Source of the DNA: an uncultured Oscillospiraceae bacterium
Lineage (GTDB): Bacteria > Bacillota > Clostridia > Christensenellales > Aristaeellaceae
Direction of reading: 5' to 3'
Assembly: GCA_964575255.1 (NCBI GenBank)
Contig: CAZNPZ010000007.1
Location: forward strand, 21,939 to 85,938
DNA: 64,000 nucleotides
Below are positions 35,415 through 45,801 of this stretch, one piece after another. The notes beneath the pieces are model-generated. The model was not told where the DNA came from, ran no database searches, and saw only the letters and a list, made by a program, of their open reading frames with translations. Within the stretch, counting starts at the first letter, position 1; the number at the start of each line of letters is the position of its first letter. The translations under genes and the position numbers were made by a program.

Positions 35415-36668
35415 ATGCAGGAACCCGTTCGCGAGCGCGCCGAGGCGCTGGGCGCGGTGGCCGCGCTACCGGTACAGGTTTTGGACGAGAGCGGCCGCGC
35501 CGAGATGCGCTGCGGTGCGGTGTGCGAATACTGCCGGATCTTCAAGCGGTTTTTAAAGCCGGGCGAATCCTGTGAGAGCCTGCACGCGCTGGCGGGTCGC
35601 CGGGCGATGGACCTGGGCGAATCGTACATCTTTACCTGTCACGCCGGGGTCTACCACATCGTGATGCCGCTGGTTCGGGAAGGCGAATTCAAGGGCGCGG
35701 TGCTCCTTGGGCCGTTCATGCTGGGCGCGATGGATTCGACGCTTTTGCAGGAAGTCGCGCGCCGCTACCAGCTGCCGACGGACGCGATCCTGGACATGTA
35801 CGACGCCGCGGGCAGCCTTCGGATGCTGACCGCCGAGGAAGCGGGCGCGTTGTGCCGCGTGGTGCGCTACCTGTTTGGCTTCCTTGAGGATCAGGCGCTC
35901 GACATGAAGCGGGGCCGCGCGCAGCAGCAGAGCCGCATCGGCGAATCGATCCAGACCTACAAGGGCTTTCAGGCCGCGGGCGCGGCCTACCCGCTGGAAA
36001 AAGAACGCCTGCTGGTTCGCCACGTGCGTTCCGGCGACGCGGCGGAGGCGAAGGCGCTTTTAAATGACCTCCTGGGCTTCGCGCTCTTCTCCACCGGCGG
36101 TTCTTTGGAAGTGGTCAAGGCGCTGACCGCGGAACTGTGCGCGCTGCTCTCGCGCGCGGCGATCGAGGGCGGCGTGGAGACGCTGGACGCGCTGGCGATG
36201 AACCGCTCGTTCATGCGCTCGCTGTGGCAGGCGTCCACCGTGGACGACCTGTGTTACCACATGCAGGAGGCGGTGGAGCGGTTCTGCCAGAGCGCGTTCC
36301 CGCCCGCCAGCTTCGTGGAGCGGGACGCGATCCAGCAGGCCACCCGCTTCATCAACATCCACTTCGCGGAGGCGCTGACGCTTCAGGACGCGGCGCGCAG
36401 CGTGCACCTGAGCGAGAGCTATTTTTCATCGCTGTTCAAGAAGGGTTCCGGCTCGTCCTTCCGGGAATACTTGAACGCAGTCCGGGTCGAAGAGGCGAAG
36501 AAACTCCTGGAACTCAACCGGCAGTCGGTCACCGAGATCGCGCTGGCGGTCGGGTTTGAGAGCCAGAGCTACTTTTCCAAGGTGTTCCGCGCGATGACCG
36601 GCGTGTCACCCAAGGAATACCGAATGAAAGTACACGCAAATCGATCCGAGTCCGAGCAGGGCGTGTGA
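35415..36668 (+). CDS. AraC-family transcriptional regulator with N-terminal PocR-like sensory domain
   Basis: ATG at 35415 after AGGAGGTG. The Cys-containing N-terminal region (CEYCRIF...CESLH...FTCHAGVYHIVMPL) is typical of PocR domains. C-terminal double HTH (SESYFSSLFKK...SQSYFSKVFR). Confidence 0.85.
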   Translation: MQEPVRERAEALGAVAALPVQVLDESGRAEMRCGAVCEYCRIFKRFLKPGESCESLHALAGRRAMDLGESYIFTCHAGVYHIVMPLVREGEFKGAVLLGPFMLGAMDSTLLQEVARRYQLPTDAILDMYDAAGSLRMLTAEEAGALCRVVRYLFGFLEDQALDMKRGRAQQQSRIGESIQTYKGFQAAGAAYPLEKERLLVRHVRSGDAAEAKALLNDLLGFALFSTGGSLEVVKALTAELCALLSRAAIEGGVETLDALAMNRSFMRSLWQASTVDDLCYHMQEAVERFCQSAFPPASFVERDAIQQATRFINIHFAEALTLQDAARSVHLSESYFSSLFKKGSGSSFREYLNAVRVEEAKKLLELNRQSVTEIALAVGFESQSYFSKVFRAMTGVSPKEYRMKVHANRSESEQGV

Positions 36669-36933
36669 ACATCCAGGCTGCCGTTTTATCGTCAGCTGAA
36701 AGTGCCGGACAGCGCGGACAACGAATGATTCTTTAATGGTATAGGCCACACGGAACAGGGTGGTCGTATGTATTCAATACGCCTGGCGTGGGTTCGATCG
36801 CGACATTAGACGTAAACATTGCGCTCAGGCGACTGTCCTGCAAATTTCGCGCAAAGCTGCATATTATTGAATTTTTTCCTTCATTTTAGCATGGGGATTT
36901 CTGGGAACCGGTTTTCAAAACGCACATTTCCGC

Positions 36934-36962
36934 TTGCAAAAGCGCCAAATGAAGCGTATACT
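36934..36962 (+). promoter_or_regulatory. Sigma-A-type promoter for the Liv-type ABC operon
   Basis: TTGCAA(36934-36939), 17 nt, TATACT(36957-36962), 30 nt upstream of the ATG. Confidence 0.55.
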
Positions 36963-36991
36963 ATGTGCATCACTTGCAAGGAGGGAAATTC

Positions 36992-38146
36992 ATGAAGAAG
37001 GTACTCGCCCTGGTTCTCGCCCTCATGCTGATCCTGCCCGCGGTCGCGCTCGCAGAAGACGTCATCAAGGTCGGCGTATTCGAGCCTGTGACCGGCGAAA
37101 ACGGCGGTGGCGGCTTCCAGGAAGTGCTGGGCATGCGCTACGCCAACCAGGTCGCCCCGACGGTGGACATCGGCGGCAAGAGCTACAAGGTGGAACTGGT
37201 CGAGGTGGACAATAAGTCTGACAAGACCGAAGCCGTCACCGCCGCGCAGAGCCTGATCGCCAGCGGCGTTTCCGTCGTCCTCGGTTCCTATGGCTCCGGC
37301 GTTTCGATCGCGGCGGGCGGCATCTTCGCCGACGCGCACGTGGCCGCCATCGGCGCCTCCTGCACCAACCCGCAGGTGACGCTGGGCAACGACTACTACT
37401 TCCGCGTGTGCTTCCTGGATCCGTTCCAGGGCACCGTCATGGCCAACTACGCGTTCCAGGACGGCGCAAAGACCGCAGCGGTCATCACCCAGCTGGGCGA
37501 CGACTACTCCTCCGGTCTTGGCAACTTCTTCCTGAAGGCGTTCAAGGGCTTGGCCGGTGACGCCGCCATCGTCGCCGACGAGCAGTTCCAGACCAACCAG
37601 ACCGACTTCAAGGCCATCCTGACCAACGTCAAGGCCGCGAATCCGGACGTCATCTTCGCGCCCTCCTCCATCGCCACCGCGCCGCTTCTGATCAAGCAGG
37701 CTCGCGAGCTGGGCATCACCGCCAAGATCATGGCCGGCGATACCTGGGAGAACGTGACGATCATCGAGAACGCCGGCAAGGACGCGGAAGGCATCACCTT
37801 CTCCACCTTCTTCGACGAGGCCGACCCGACCGCGGCGGACTTCGTCAAGGGCTTCAAGGAATACCTGAAGGCCAACCCCGACTCGCTGGAAAAGAACGGC
37901 GGCGAGGGTGTGGCGGCGGTTTCCGCGCTGGGCTATGACGCCTACATGACCGCAATCGCGGCGATCCAGGCGGCCGGCACGACCGACTCCCAGGCCATCC
38001 GCGACGCGCTGCCCGGCGTCTCCATCACCGGCGTAACCGGCGCGATCAGCTTTGACGAGAACGGCGACGCCAAGAAGGACATGGCGTACATCAAGACCGT
38101 TGAGAACGGTGCGTTCAAGTTCCTGAAGACGGTTACCATCCAGTAA
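36992..38146 (+). CDS. ABC transporter substrate-binding protein (LivJ/Peripla_BP_6-like)
   Basis: ATG at 36992 after GGAGGG. Signal peptide MKKVLALVLALMLILPAVALA. Type I periplasmic-binding fold pattern by eye. Confidence 0.9.
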   Translation: MKKVLALVLALMLILPAVALAEDVIKVGVFEPVTGENGGGGFQEVLGMRYANQVAPTVDIGGKSYKVELVEVDNKSDKTEAVTAAQSLIASGVSVVLGSYGSGVSIAAGGIFADAHVAAIGASCTNPQVTLGNDYYFRVCFLDPFQGTVMANYAFQDGAKTAAVITQLGDDYSSGLGNFFLKAFKGLAGDAAIVADEQFQTNQTDFKAILTNVKAANPDVIFAPSSIATAPLLIKQARELGITAKIMAGDTWENVTIIENAGKDAEGITFSTFFDEADPTAADFVKGFKEYLKANPDSLEKNGGEGVAAVSALGYDAYMTAIAAIQAAGTTDSQAIRDALPGVSITGVTGAISFDENGDAKKDMAYIKTVENGAFKFLKTVTIQ

Positions 38147-38212
38147 TCGGCACGATACCCATCGCAGGGGCCGATACCCATCGGCCCCTGCTTTTGTAAG
38201 CGGAGGGGTTCC

Positions 38213-39094
38213 ATGAGCCTGACAACGTTAATGCAGCACTTCCTGACCGGCATTTCGCTGGGCGGCGCGTACGCGCTGATTGCCATCGGCTATACGATGG
38301 TGTACGGAATCCTGCGGCTGATCAACTTCGCCCACGGCGACATCTTCATGATGGCCGGGTATTTCATGATCTTCTCGATGTCCAGCCTGCCCTGGGAGAT
38401 CTCGATCCCGATTGTGATCGTGGGCACGGTGCTGTTGGGTTTTGCCATCGAGCGCGCCGCCTACGCGCCGCTGCGCACCGCGCCCCGGATGTCGATCATG
38501 ATCTCTGCCATCGGCGTTTCCTACCTTCTGCAAAACCTCGCCACCTACCTCTTCTCGGCGCTCCCGAAGCCGTACCCGGAGATCCCGTTTTTAAAGCGGA
38601 TCTTCCAGATCGGCAGCGTTTCGGCGTCGTTGGTCACGTTCCTGACACCTGTCATCGCGATCCTGCTGGTCTGGGGGCTGACGCAGTTGATCAACCATAC
38701 CAAGATCGGCATGGCGATGCGCGCGGTCAGCAAGGATTTTGAGACAAGTAAGCTCATGGGCATCAAGCTCAACACCGTCATTTCCACGACCTTTGTAATC
38801 GGCTCGGCGCTTGCGGCGGTGGGTTCGATCCTCTACTTCACCGACCGCATGTCAGTCAACCCCTTCAGCGGTACGCTGCCCGGCCTCAAATGCTTCGTGG
38901 CGGCGGTTCTGGGCGGCATCGGCTCGGTGCCGGGCGCGATGGTGGGCGGCTTTGTGATCGGCATGTTTGAGACGGCGCTGGTGGCGGCGGGCGCGTCCAC
39001 GTTCTCGGACGCGTTTACGTTCGTATTATTGATCGTCATGCTGCTGTTCAGGCCTACCGGCCTCTTCGGCGAAAAGACGACGGATAAGGTGTGA
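38213..39094 (+). CDS. livH: Branched-chain amino acid ABC transporter permease (LivH-like)
   Basis: 293-aa polytopic protein. GGAYALIAIGYTMVYG..INFAHG motif. Confidence 0.9.
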   Translation: MSLTTLMQHFLTGISLGGAYALIAIGYTMVYGILRLINFAHGDIFMMAGYFMIFSMSSLPWEISIPIVIVGTVLLGFAIERAAYAPLRTAPRMSIMISAIGVSYLLQNLATYLFSALPKPYPEIPFLKRIFQIGSVSASLVTFLTPVIAILLVWGLTQLINHTKIGMAMRAVSKDFETSKLMGIKLNTVISTTFVIGSALAAVGSILYFTDRMSVNPFSGTLPGLKCFVAAVLGGIGSVPGAMVGGFVIGMFETALVAAGASTFSDAFTFVLLIVMLLFRPTGLFGEKTTDKV

Positions 39095-39100
39095 CGCGAT

Positions 39101-40213
39101 ATGAAAAAGACGACGAAGTGGATTCTATCGCTCATCACAATCGCGCTGTTGGCCTGGGGTCTGACGGTCCTTGAGGCGAACCGGTTCGCGCAGGGCATGC
39201 TGTACTCGGTGCTTCAAAAGAGCGCGATCCTGGCCATCGCGGCGGTTTCGATGAACCTTTTGAACGGCTTTACCGGCCTCTTTTCGCTGGGGCAGGCGGG
39301 CTTCATGGCGCTGGGCGCGTACACGACGGCCATCCTGATCATCCCCACCGCGAAAATCGAAGGCGTATACTATATGGATGGCATTTCCTCGGCCATCCTC
39401 TCCTTCAAGACGTTCCTGGACGGCGGACCCGGCTGGCTGCAGACCACCTACCCGTACATGGCGCTGATCGCGGGCGGGCTGGTGGCGGCGGGGTTTGCCG
39501 CGCTGATCGGCATGCCGATTTTGCGTCTGAAGAGCGACTACCTCGCGATCGCTACGCTGGGCTTCTCCGAGATCGTGCGCGCCTTGATCGCGAGCCCGCA
39601 ATTGAACCTCGTGACCAACGGCTCTTACGGCCTCAAGAGCATCCCGAAGCTCGGCTCCATCCTGCAGACCTTCATCATCGCCGCGGTGTGCGTCGGCGCG
39701 ATCGTGCTACTCATCAAATCCAGCTACGGCCGCGCGTTCAAGGCGATCCGCGAGGACGAGATCGCGGCCGAGGCGATGGGCATCAACCTCATGAAGCACA
39801 AGAACCTCGCGTTTGTGATCAGTTCGTTCTTTACCGCGATCGCGGGCGGCATGCTGGCGATGTTCATGCAGTCGATCGACTCTTCCACCTTCAAAATCGC
39901 GATGACCTACGACATCCTTCTGATCGTGGTCATCGGCGGCATCGGCTCGGTGACGGGCAGCGTGTTCGCGGCGTTTCTGGTGACCGCCGCCAAGGAATGG
40001 TGGCTCAGGTTCTTCGATACGCCGCTTCTGATTGGTGACTTCCAGGTGCCTCTGCTGCGCACAGGCTTCCGTATGGTGGTGTTCTCGGTGCTACTGATGG
40101 TGGTCGTGCTTTTCTACCGAAGGGGCCTCATGGGCACGACCGAATTCTCGTGGGACTTCTTCTGGAAAAAGCGCGGCGGCGCGGCGGCGGGGGGTGCGCG
40201 ACATGGCAAATAA
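39101..40213 (+). CDS. livM: Branched-chain amino acid ABC transporter permease (LivM-like)
   Basis: 370-aa polytopic protein. [21 protein letters not shown] motif. Confidence 0.9.
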   Translation: MKKTTKWILSLITIALLAWGLTVLEANRFAQGMLYSVLQKSAILAIAAVSMNLLNGFTGLFSLGQAGFMALGAYTTAILIIPTAKIEGVYYMDGISSAILSFKTFLDGGPGWLQTTYPYMALIAGGLVAAGFAALIGMPILRLKSDYLAIATLGFSEIVRALIASPQLNLVTNGSYGLKSIPKLGSILQTFIIAAVCVGAIVLLIKSSYGRAFKAIREDEIAAEAMGINLMKHKNLAFVISSFFTAIAGGMLAMFMQSIDSSTFKIAMTYDILLIVVIGGIGSVTGSVFAAFLVTAAKEWWLRFFDTPLLIGDFQVPLLRTGFRMVVFSVLLMVVVLFYRRGLMGTTEFSWDFFWKKRGGAAAGGARHGK

Positions 40214-41042
40214 CGTACTGCATCTGGACAATGTGACGATGCAGTTCGGCGGCGTGGTCGCGGTCAGCGACCTGTCGCTGGACGTCAACGAAGGCGAGAT
40301 CGTCGCGCTGATCGGCCCCAACGGCGCGGGCAAGACGACCGCGTTCAACGTGATCACCGGCGTCTACGCGCCCACCAACGGCCGCGTGACGCTGCGCGGC
40401 GAGACAATCGCAGAAGGCTATCCCACCGGAAAGATGAGAAAGCTGTACGCCGCCGGACATAACGGCGAATACCAGAAGCTGATCACCCACACGCCCGACC
40501 AGATCACGGCAAAAGGCGTGGCGCGGACGTTCCAAAACATCCGCCTCTTCAAAGACCTGACGGTGTTTGAAAACGTGCTGATCGCAAAGCACATGCATGT
40601 CAAGGCGAACGTCGTTTCCGCCACCTTCCGCCTGAACTTCGCGGAGGAGGCGCGCATCCGCCGCGAGTCGCTGGAACTGATCGAGTCGCTGGGGCTTGGC
40701 GCGGTCAAGGACGAGAAGTCCTCCTCCCTGCCCTACGGCAAGCAGCGGGTGCTGGAGATCGTCCGGGCGCTGGCCACCAGCCCCAGCCTGCTTCTTCTGG
40801 ACGAGCCCGCCGCCGGCATGAACCCGCAGGAGACGGACGACCTTTCGGACTTCATCCGCAAGATCAAGTCGCAGTTCAAGCTCACCGTGTTCATGATCGA
40901 GCACCACATGAATCTGGTCATGGACATTTCCGACCGCATCTACGTGATCGACTTCGGCAAGCATATCGCAAACGGCACGCCCGCCGAGGTGCAGTTCAAC
41001 CCGGACGTCATCAAGGCATACCTGGGGGTGGAGGAAGCATGA
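40203..41042 (+). CDS. livG: ABC transporter ATP-binding protein (LivG-like)
   Basis: Walker [10 protein letters not shown], signature region [11 protein letters not shown], Walker [11 protein letters not shown]. Carries the LivG-type insertion. Confidence 0.9.
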   Translation: MANNVLHLDNVTMQFGGVVAVSDLSLDVNEGEIVALIGPNGAGKTTAFNVITGVYAPTNGRVTLRGETIAEGYPTGKMRKLYAAGHNGEYQKLITHTPDQITAKGVARTFQNIRLFKDLTVFENVLIAKHMHVKANVVSATFRLNFAEEARIRRESLELIESLGLGAVKDEKSSSLPYGKQRVLEIVRALATSPSLLLLDEPAAGMNPQETDDLSDFIRKIKSQFKLTVFMIEHHMNLVMDISDRIYVIDFGKHIANGTPAEVQFNPDVIKAYLGVEEA

Positions 41043-41770
41043 GCCTGCTGGAAGTGAAGGATCTCAAAGTCAGCTTCGGCGGCATCGAAGCCCTCAAGGG
41101 CATTTCGTTCAAGGTGGACGAGGGGTCCATTGTCACGCTGATCGGCGCGAACGGCGCGGGCAAGTCCACGACGCTTCGGGCGATCAGCGGCCTGGTGCAT
41201 CCGTCGGGCGGCACGATCACCTACGCGGGCGAGATGATCGGCGGCACCGACACGCAGAAAATCGTCGAGAAGGGCATCGCGCTGGTGCCGGAGGGACGGC
41301 GCGTATTCCCGAACCTCACCGTGCTTGAAAACCTCCGGATCGGCGCGTACATGCGCACGGACACCAAGCAGATCGACGCGGACGTCGAGCACGTCTACCA
41401 CCTGTTCCCGCGCCTCAAGGAGCGGCACTGGCAGCTGGCGGGCACCTTGTCCGGCGGCGAACAGCAGATGCTGGCGGTAGGCCGGGGGCTGATGAGTAAG
41501 CCCAAGATCCTGATGATGGACGAGCCGTCGCTGGGCCTTGCGCCGATGGTGGTGCGCGACATCTTCTCGATCATCAAAACGCTGAATAAAGAGGGCATCA
41601 CAATCCTCCTGATCGAGCAGAACGCCAACGCAGCGCTGCGCGCCGCCCACTACGGCTACGTGCTGGAGACCGGGCGCATCACGCTTTCCGGTACCGGCTC
41701 CGAACTGCTTGAGAACAAGCAGGTGCGCGAGGCGTACCTGGGCAAGACCCGCGAGGCCGCGCAGCGGTAG
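41039..41770 (+). CDS. livF: ABC transporter ATP-binding protein (LivF-like)
   Basis: GANGAGKST, LSGGEQQML, ILMMDEPSLGL. 4-nt overlap with livG. Confidence 0.9.
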   Translation: MSLLEVKDLKVSFGGIEALKGISFKVDEGSIVTLIGANGAGKSTTLRAISGLVHPSGGTITYAGEMIGGTDTQKIVEKGIALVPEGRRVFPNLTVLENLRIGAYMRTDTKQIDADVEHVYHLFPRLKERHWQLAGTLSGGEQQMLAVGRGLMSKPKILMMDEPSLGLAPMVVRDIFSIIKTLNKEGITILLIEQNANAALRAAHYGYVLETGRITLSGTGSELLENKQVREAYLGKTREAAQR

Positions 41771-41971
41771 AGGCGCAGGGGAACGCCGGAGGCTGGACCT
41801 GAGCGTTTCCGATCCAAGTGCAGTTTCTCGCAACCGTGGACAACGGGGCGGCCGACGAAGCCGCGGCGGCGGTTCAGGCCGTCAAGTGGGAGAGTGCCAA
41901 CCCAAAGATCGCGTACCGGAACTACATCTGGAGCGTGGACATTCCCGTCACGGTCGACATCGAACGGGTAT

Positions 41972-42014
41972 AAAAACAGGGCGGCGTCTTCACCTCAGAC
42001 GCCGCCCTGTTTTT
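41972..42014. terminator. 17-bp bidirectional terminator
   Basis: AAAAACAGGGCGGCGTC(41972-41988), 9-nt loop, GACGCCGCCCTGTTTTT(41998-42014). Overlaps the last codons of the minus-strand ABC gene. Confidence 0.75.
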
Positions 42015-43872
42015 CGGTTTTTTCTTTCGCTTTTTCCGATTCTCCGTCTGTCAAACCCGTCTGGCTGACGACCATCTCGTAATAGCGCCCCTTTTGATTC
42101 ATCAATTCCTCGTGGTTGCCGCGCTCGACGATGCGGCCGTTTGAAAGCACCAGTATCTGATCCGCATCGTGGATGGTGGAAAGCCGGTGGGCGATCAGAA
42201 ACGACGTTCGCCCCCGCATCAGCCCCAGCATCGCGCGCTGAATGTCCTTTTCGGTCTTGGTGTCCACCGAGGAGGTCGCCTCGTCCAGGATCAGGATGCG
42301 GCTTTCACACAGGAATGCCCGCGCGATCGCGAGCAGTTGGCGCTGGCCCTCGCTGAGCGCGTCGGTGCTTCCGCTGAGTTGGGTCTGATACCCCTGCGGC
42401 AACCGCTCGATGAACCCGCTGGCGCGCGCGAGCCGCGCCGCATCGATGACTTCCTCATCGGTCGCGCCGGGACGCGCATAGCGGATGTTGTCCAAAATCG
42501 TGCCAGTGAAGAGGCAGGTGTCCTGAAGCACCACCGAGAACACGCGCCGCAGGCTCTCCCGCGTTACATCCATGATGTCACACCCGTCGATTCGGATGCT
42601 GCCGGAGTCCGGGTCGTAGAACCGGGTCAGCAGGTTCACAATCGTGGTCTTGCCGGAGCCGGTCTCGCCCACCAGCGCGCAGGTCTGCCCGGCGGGGACG
42701 GTGAACTGCACATGATCGAGAACCGGCTTCGCGCCGTCATAGGAGAAGCACACGTCGTCAAATTCCACCGCGCCTTCCGGGGCCGTAAGCGCCGCCGCGC
42801 CGGGCGCGTCGGCAGGCTCCTCCGCATCGTCCAGTACCTCGAACACGCGCTCCGCGCCCGCCAGCGCCGACTGGATCGTCGCGAACAGCCCGGCCACCGC
42901 GTTCAGCGGCCGCGCGAACTGCTTGGAATAGCTGAGGAAACTGACCACCGCGCCGACGGATAGCCCCTCCGTGATCGAAAGCCACCCGCCCGCGATGGAC
43001 ACCAGCGCAAACGTGAGGTTGCCGATCACGTTGACCAGCGGCATCATGAGGCCCGACCAAAGCTGCGCCAGATAGCCGCTCTCGTTCAGCCGCTCGTTGA
43101 TTTCGCTGAGCTCGTTCAAAACCTCCCGCTGACGCCCGAACGCCTTGACCATCCGCATACCGGTGATGGTCTCCTCCACCACGCCGTTCAGCCTGCCCAG
43201 CGCGCGTTGCTGCGCGAGGAAGTGCGCGCGGCTTTTTCTCGTGATCAGCCGCGTCAGAAGCCCGACCAGCGGGACGGATACGAGCGTCACGACGGTCAGA
43301 GGCAGGCTGAGCATCAGCATTACGATCAGAGAACCCGTCAGCGACAGGATGCTGGACAGGATCTGCGTCGTGGATTGGGCGATGGTCGCCGAGATGTTGT
43401 CTACGTCGCTACTGAGGCGGCTCATCGTGTCGCCGTGCGGGCGGGTGTCAAAAAACCGGAGTGGCAAATGCTGAAGTTTCGCAAAGAACGCGCCGCGCAA
43501 CGACTGGACCAGCCGCTGCGACGCCCGGAGCATCAGCGTATCGCAGACGGTGCCCGACACATACGCCGTCAGGTTCAGCGCGATGATCGCCGCAAGGCAG
43601 GTTCTGAGGAAACTTTCATCCAAGCCGCCGCCGGAAAACGCGTTGAACGCGCGGCCCGTCCAGTAGGGGATCAGCACCGCCACCGCCGCGGACAACACCG
43701 TCAGGCACAGGATCACGAGGAGCGCGCCCTTCTGGCCTTTGTACAGCGCGATCACGCGGCGCAGCGTGCCGCGGGCGTTCTTCGCCTTCTGGCCCGGCTC
43801 AAACCTGGCGCCGGGATTCCCGAAGCCCCTGCCAAGCTGTGGCTGTTTGCGCTCCTGTCCGCAGTCACTCAT
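41995..43872 (-). CDS. ABC exporter, fused permease/ATPase (MdlB/MsbA-like), subunit B
   Basis: Track ORF trimmed to the ATG at 43872 (MSDCGQERKQ...), which overlaps the upstream stop (ATGA). Six-TM domain then GETGSGKTT, LSEGQRQLL, ILILDEATS. Confidence 0.9.
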   Translation of the reverse strand: MSDCGQERKQPQLGRGFGNPGARFEPGQKAKNARGTLRRVIALYKGQKGALLVILCLTVLSAAVAVLIPYWTGRAFNAFSGGGLDESFLRTCLAAIIALNLTAYVSGTVCDTLMLRASQRLVQSLRGAFFAKLQHLPLRFFDTRPHGDTMSRLSSDVDNISATIAQSTTQILSSILSLTGSLIVMLMLSLPLTVVTLVSVPLVGLLTRLITRKSRAHFLAQQRALGRLNGVVEETITGMRMVKAFGRQREVLNELSEINERLNESGYLAQLWSGLMMPLVNVIGNLTFALVSIAGGWLSITEGLSVGAVVSFLSYSKQFARPLNAVAGLFATIQSALAGAERVFEVLDDAEEPADAPGAAALTAPEGAVEFDDVCFSYDGAKPVLDHVQFTVPAGQTCALVGETGSGKTTIVNLLTRFYDPDSGSIRIDGCDIMDVTRESLRRVFSVVLQDTCLFTGTILDNIRYARPGATDEEVIDAARLARASGFIERLPQGYQTQLSGSTDALSEGQRQLLAIARAFLCESRILILDEATSSVDTKTEKDIQRAMLGLMRGRTSFLIAHRLSTIHDADQILVLSNGRIVERGNHEELMNQKGRYYEMVVSQTGLTDGESEKAKEKTEKQGGV

Positions 43873-45596
43873 GCTTTCGCCTCCTCTCCCGCCACCTGGG
43901 AGCGGTACAGCGCCCGGTACGTTTCGCAGGTTGTAAGAAGCTCCTGATGGCTGCCAAGGCCGACCGCGCGGCCACCATCCAGAACAAGAATCTCGTCCGC
44001 GAACATCGCGGCGGTACAGCGCTGCGTGATCAAAATCAGCGTGCGCCCGCCACGCGCGCGCATCAATTCGTCCCGCACCTTCGCCTCGGTCAGCGCGTCC
44101 AGCGCGCTGGTGGCGTCGTCGATGACGAGTACACCGGCGCGTTTCACCAGCGCCCGCGCGATCGAAAGCCGCTGTTTCTGCCCGCCCGACAGGTTGACCG
44201 CGCCGCCGCTCAGCGGGCGTTCTAGGCCTTCCGGCGCATTCAGGATGAAGTCCGCCTGCGCCGTCCGAAGCGCGGCACGCAAGGTTTCGTCCGAAGCGTC
44301 CGGGGCGCCCCAGCGCAGATTTTCCGCCGCCGTGCCGGAGAACAAAACCGCCTTCTGCGGCGCGAGCGCCACCGATCCGCGAAGCGCGGCGACGTCCATC
44401 TCTCGCACGTCCCGCCCGCCCACGAGGATCCTGCCCCCGTTCACGTCGTAAAACCGGAGCATCAGCCACGCGAGCGTGGACTTCCCGCTGCCGGTCGGCC
44501 CGATCACCGCGAGCGACCGCCCGGCCTCCACGCGAAACGACACGTCGGAGAGCGCATAGAGCCCGCTGCCGCCCGGGTAGGCGAAGGTCACATGGTCAAA
44601 CTCCACCGACGGCGTGACTTCGCCCAGCGGCGGTTCTCCGCCGGATTTCACGTCTTCCTCGGCGGCAAACACTTCCGCGATGCGCTGCGCGGAGGCCTTC
44701 GTGCGCACGAAGACCGTAAAAATGTTGGTCATCATCGTAAGGGAGATTAAAATCTGCGCCATGTAGACGGTGAAGGCGGAGATGTCGCCCGGCGTGGCCG
44801 AACCCGCCTGAATCAACCCCGCGCCGTATCCGATGACCGCCGCTGTGCCCAGCCCGATCGCAAGCGTCATGATGGGCGATAAAAGCGTGATCACCATCTG
44901 CGCGGAGACTTCCCTTTGCATCTGCCCCTCGTTGGCTGCGCCGAACCGCTCCGACTCCGCGTCGTAGGTGCCGAACGCCTTGACCAGCCGGACGCCCATC
45001 AAGTACTCCTGCACCACCGAGTTCATCCGGTCGACCGCTTTTTGCAGAAGCGCGAACCGGGGATAGCTAAGTTTCATGCTGATAACGATCAGGACAGCCA
45101 CCAGCGCGACCACGCCGTACACGATCAGGCTCAGCCTGAAATTCAGGATCGACGCCATAAGGATGCTGCCGAGGCATGTGATCGGCGCTTTCAGAAAGAT
45201 GCGCATCGTACCGTTGACGAACTGCACCACCTGGTTGATGTCACCGGTCATCCGGGTGATCAGGGATCCCGTGGAAATTTTGTCGGCGCTGGACTCGGAG
45301 AAATTCAGAATCTTCTCAAACTGGTCGCGCCTAAGATCCGCGCCCACCCGCTGAGATACGCGGCTGGACAGCGCGTTCCGGATCAGCGCGAACACCGCGC
45401 CCGCAAAGGTAACCGCGAGCATCACGCCGCCCCAGAACCCAACGCGGTTCAGGTCGGACGCGCGCACGCCCTCGTCCAGAATTCGGGCCATGATCGTCGG
45501 CCCCAGAAGATCGCACACCGCTTCGAGCGCGACGCAGACGAGCGCGAAATGGATCGGACGCCGATAGCTTCGAAAATACTTCACAAACACGCGCAT
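43869..45596 (-). CDS. ABC exporter, fused permease/ATPase, subunit A
   Basis: Trimmed to the ATG at 45596 (GGGAGA 6-7 nt upstream, MRVFVKYFRSYRRP...). GPTGSGKST, LSGGQKQRL, VLVIDDATS. Confidence 0.9.
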   Translation of the reverse strand: MRVFVKYFRSYRRPIHFALVCVALEAVCDLLGPTIMARILDEGVRASDLNRVGFWGGVMLAVTFAGAVFALIRNALSSRVSQRVGADLRRDQFEKILNFSESSADKISTGSLITRMTGDINQVVQFVNGTMRIFLKAPITCLGSILMASILNFRLSLIVYGVVALVAVLIVISMKLSYPRFALLQKAVDRMNSVVQEYLMGVRLVKAFGTYDAESERFGAANEGQMQREVSAQMVITLLSPIMTLAIGLGTAAVIGYGAGLIQAGSATPGDISAFTVYMAQILISLTMMTNIFTVFVRTKASAQRIAEVFAAEEDVKSGGEPPLGEVTPSVEFDHVTFAYPGGSGLYALSDVSFRVEAGRSLAVIGPTGSGKSTLAWLMLRFYDVNGGRILVGGRDVREMDVAALRGSVALAPQKAVLFSGTAAENLRWGAPDASDETLRAALRTAQADFILNAPEGLERPLSGGAVNLSGGQKQRLSIARALVKRAGVLVIDDATSALDALTEAKVRDELMRARGGRTLILITQRCTAAMFADEILVLDGGRAVGLGSHQELLTTCETYRALYRSQVAGEEAKA

Positions 45597-45801
45597 GGGC
45601 ATTCTCCCGGCTGCCGCCAGTTTTGCTTTGTTTTTTCGCGCTGCCAACCATGCCCTGCGCGTCGCGCAATGATCATCGACAGCGCATAAAAATCCGTAAA
45701 GCGCGATTGGCGCGTCGCATTGGTGTATTTTGCTCTCCGGACGCCATGATACGCGCGCGCTCCTGCAAATGCAAGCCAATTTGAGATACCGTGCGGGAGA
45801 T

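Noticed and set aside
36669-36933. Possible T-box or riboswitch leader upstream of the Liv-type operon (a CAGGGTGGTCG segment resembles part of the T-box motif)
   Set aside because: The rest of the T-box consensus, a specifier loop and a terminator/antiterminator pair are not evident. The best promoter match (36934-36962) also lies downstream of the segment. An Rfam scan would be needed to revisit this.
45657-45718. 9-nt direct repeat GCGCGTCGC (45657-45665 and 45710-45718), spaced 53 bp apart, upstream of the ABC exporter pair. It could be a regulator binding site.
   Set aside because: It is too short and too GC-rich to distinguish from chance in this genome. No adjacent regulator gene (for example MarR or TetR) supports the idea.
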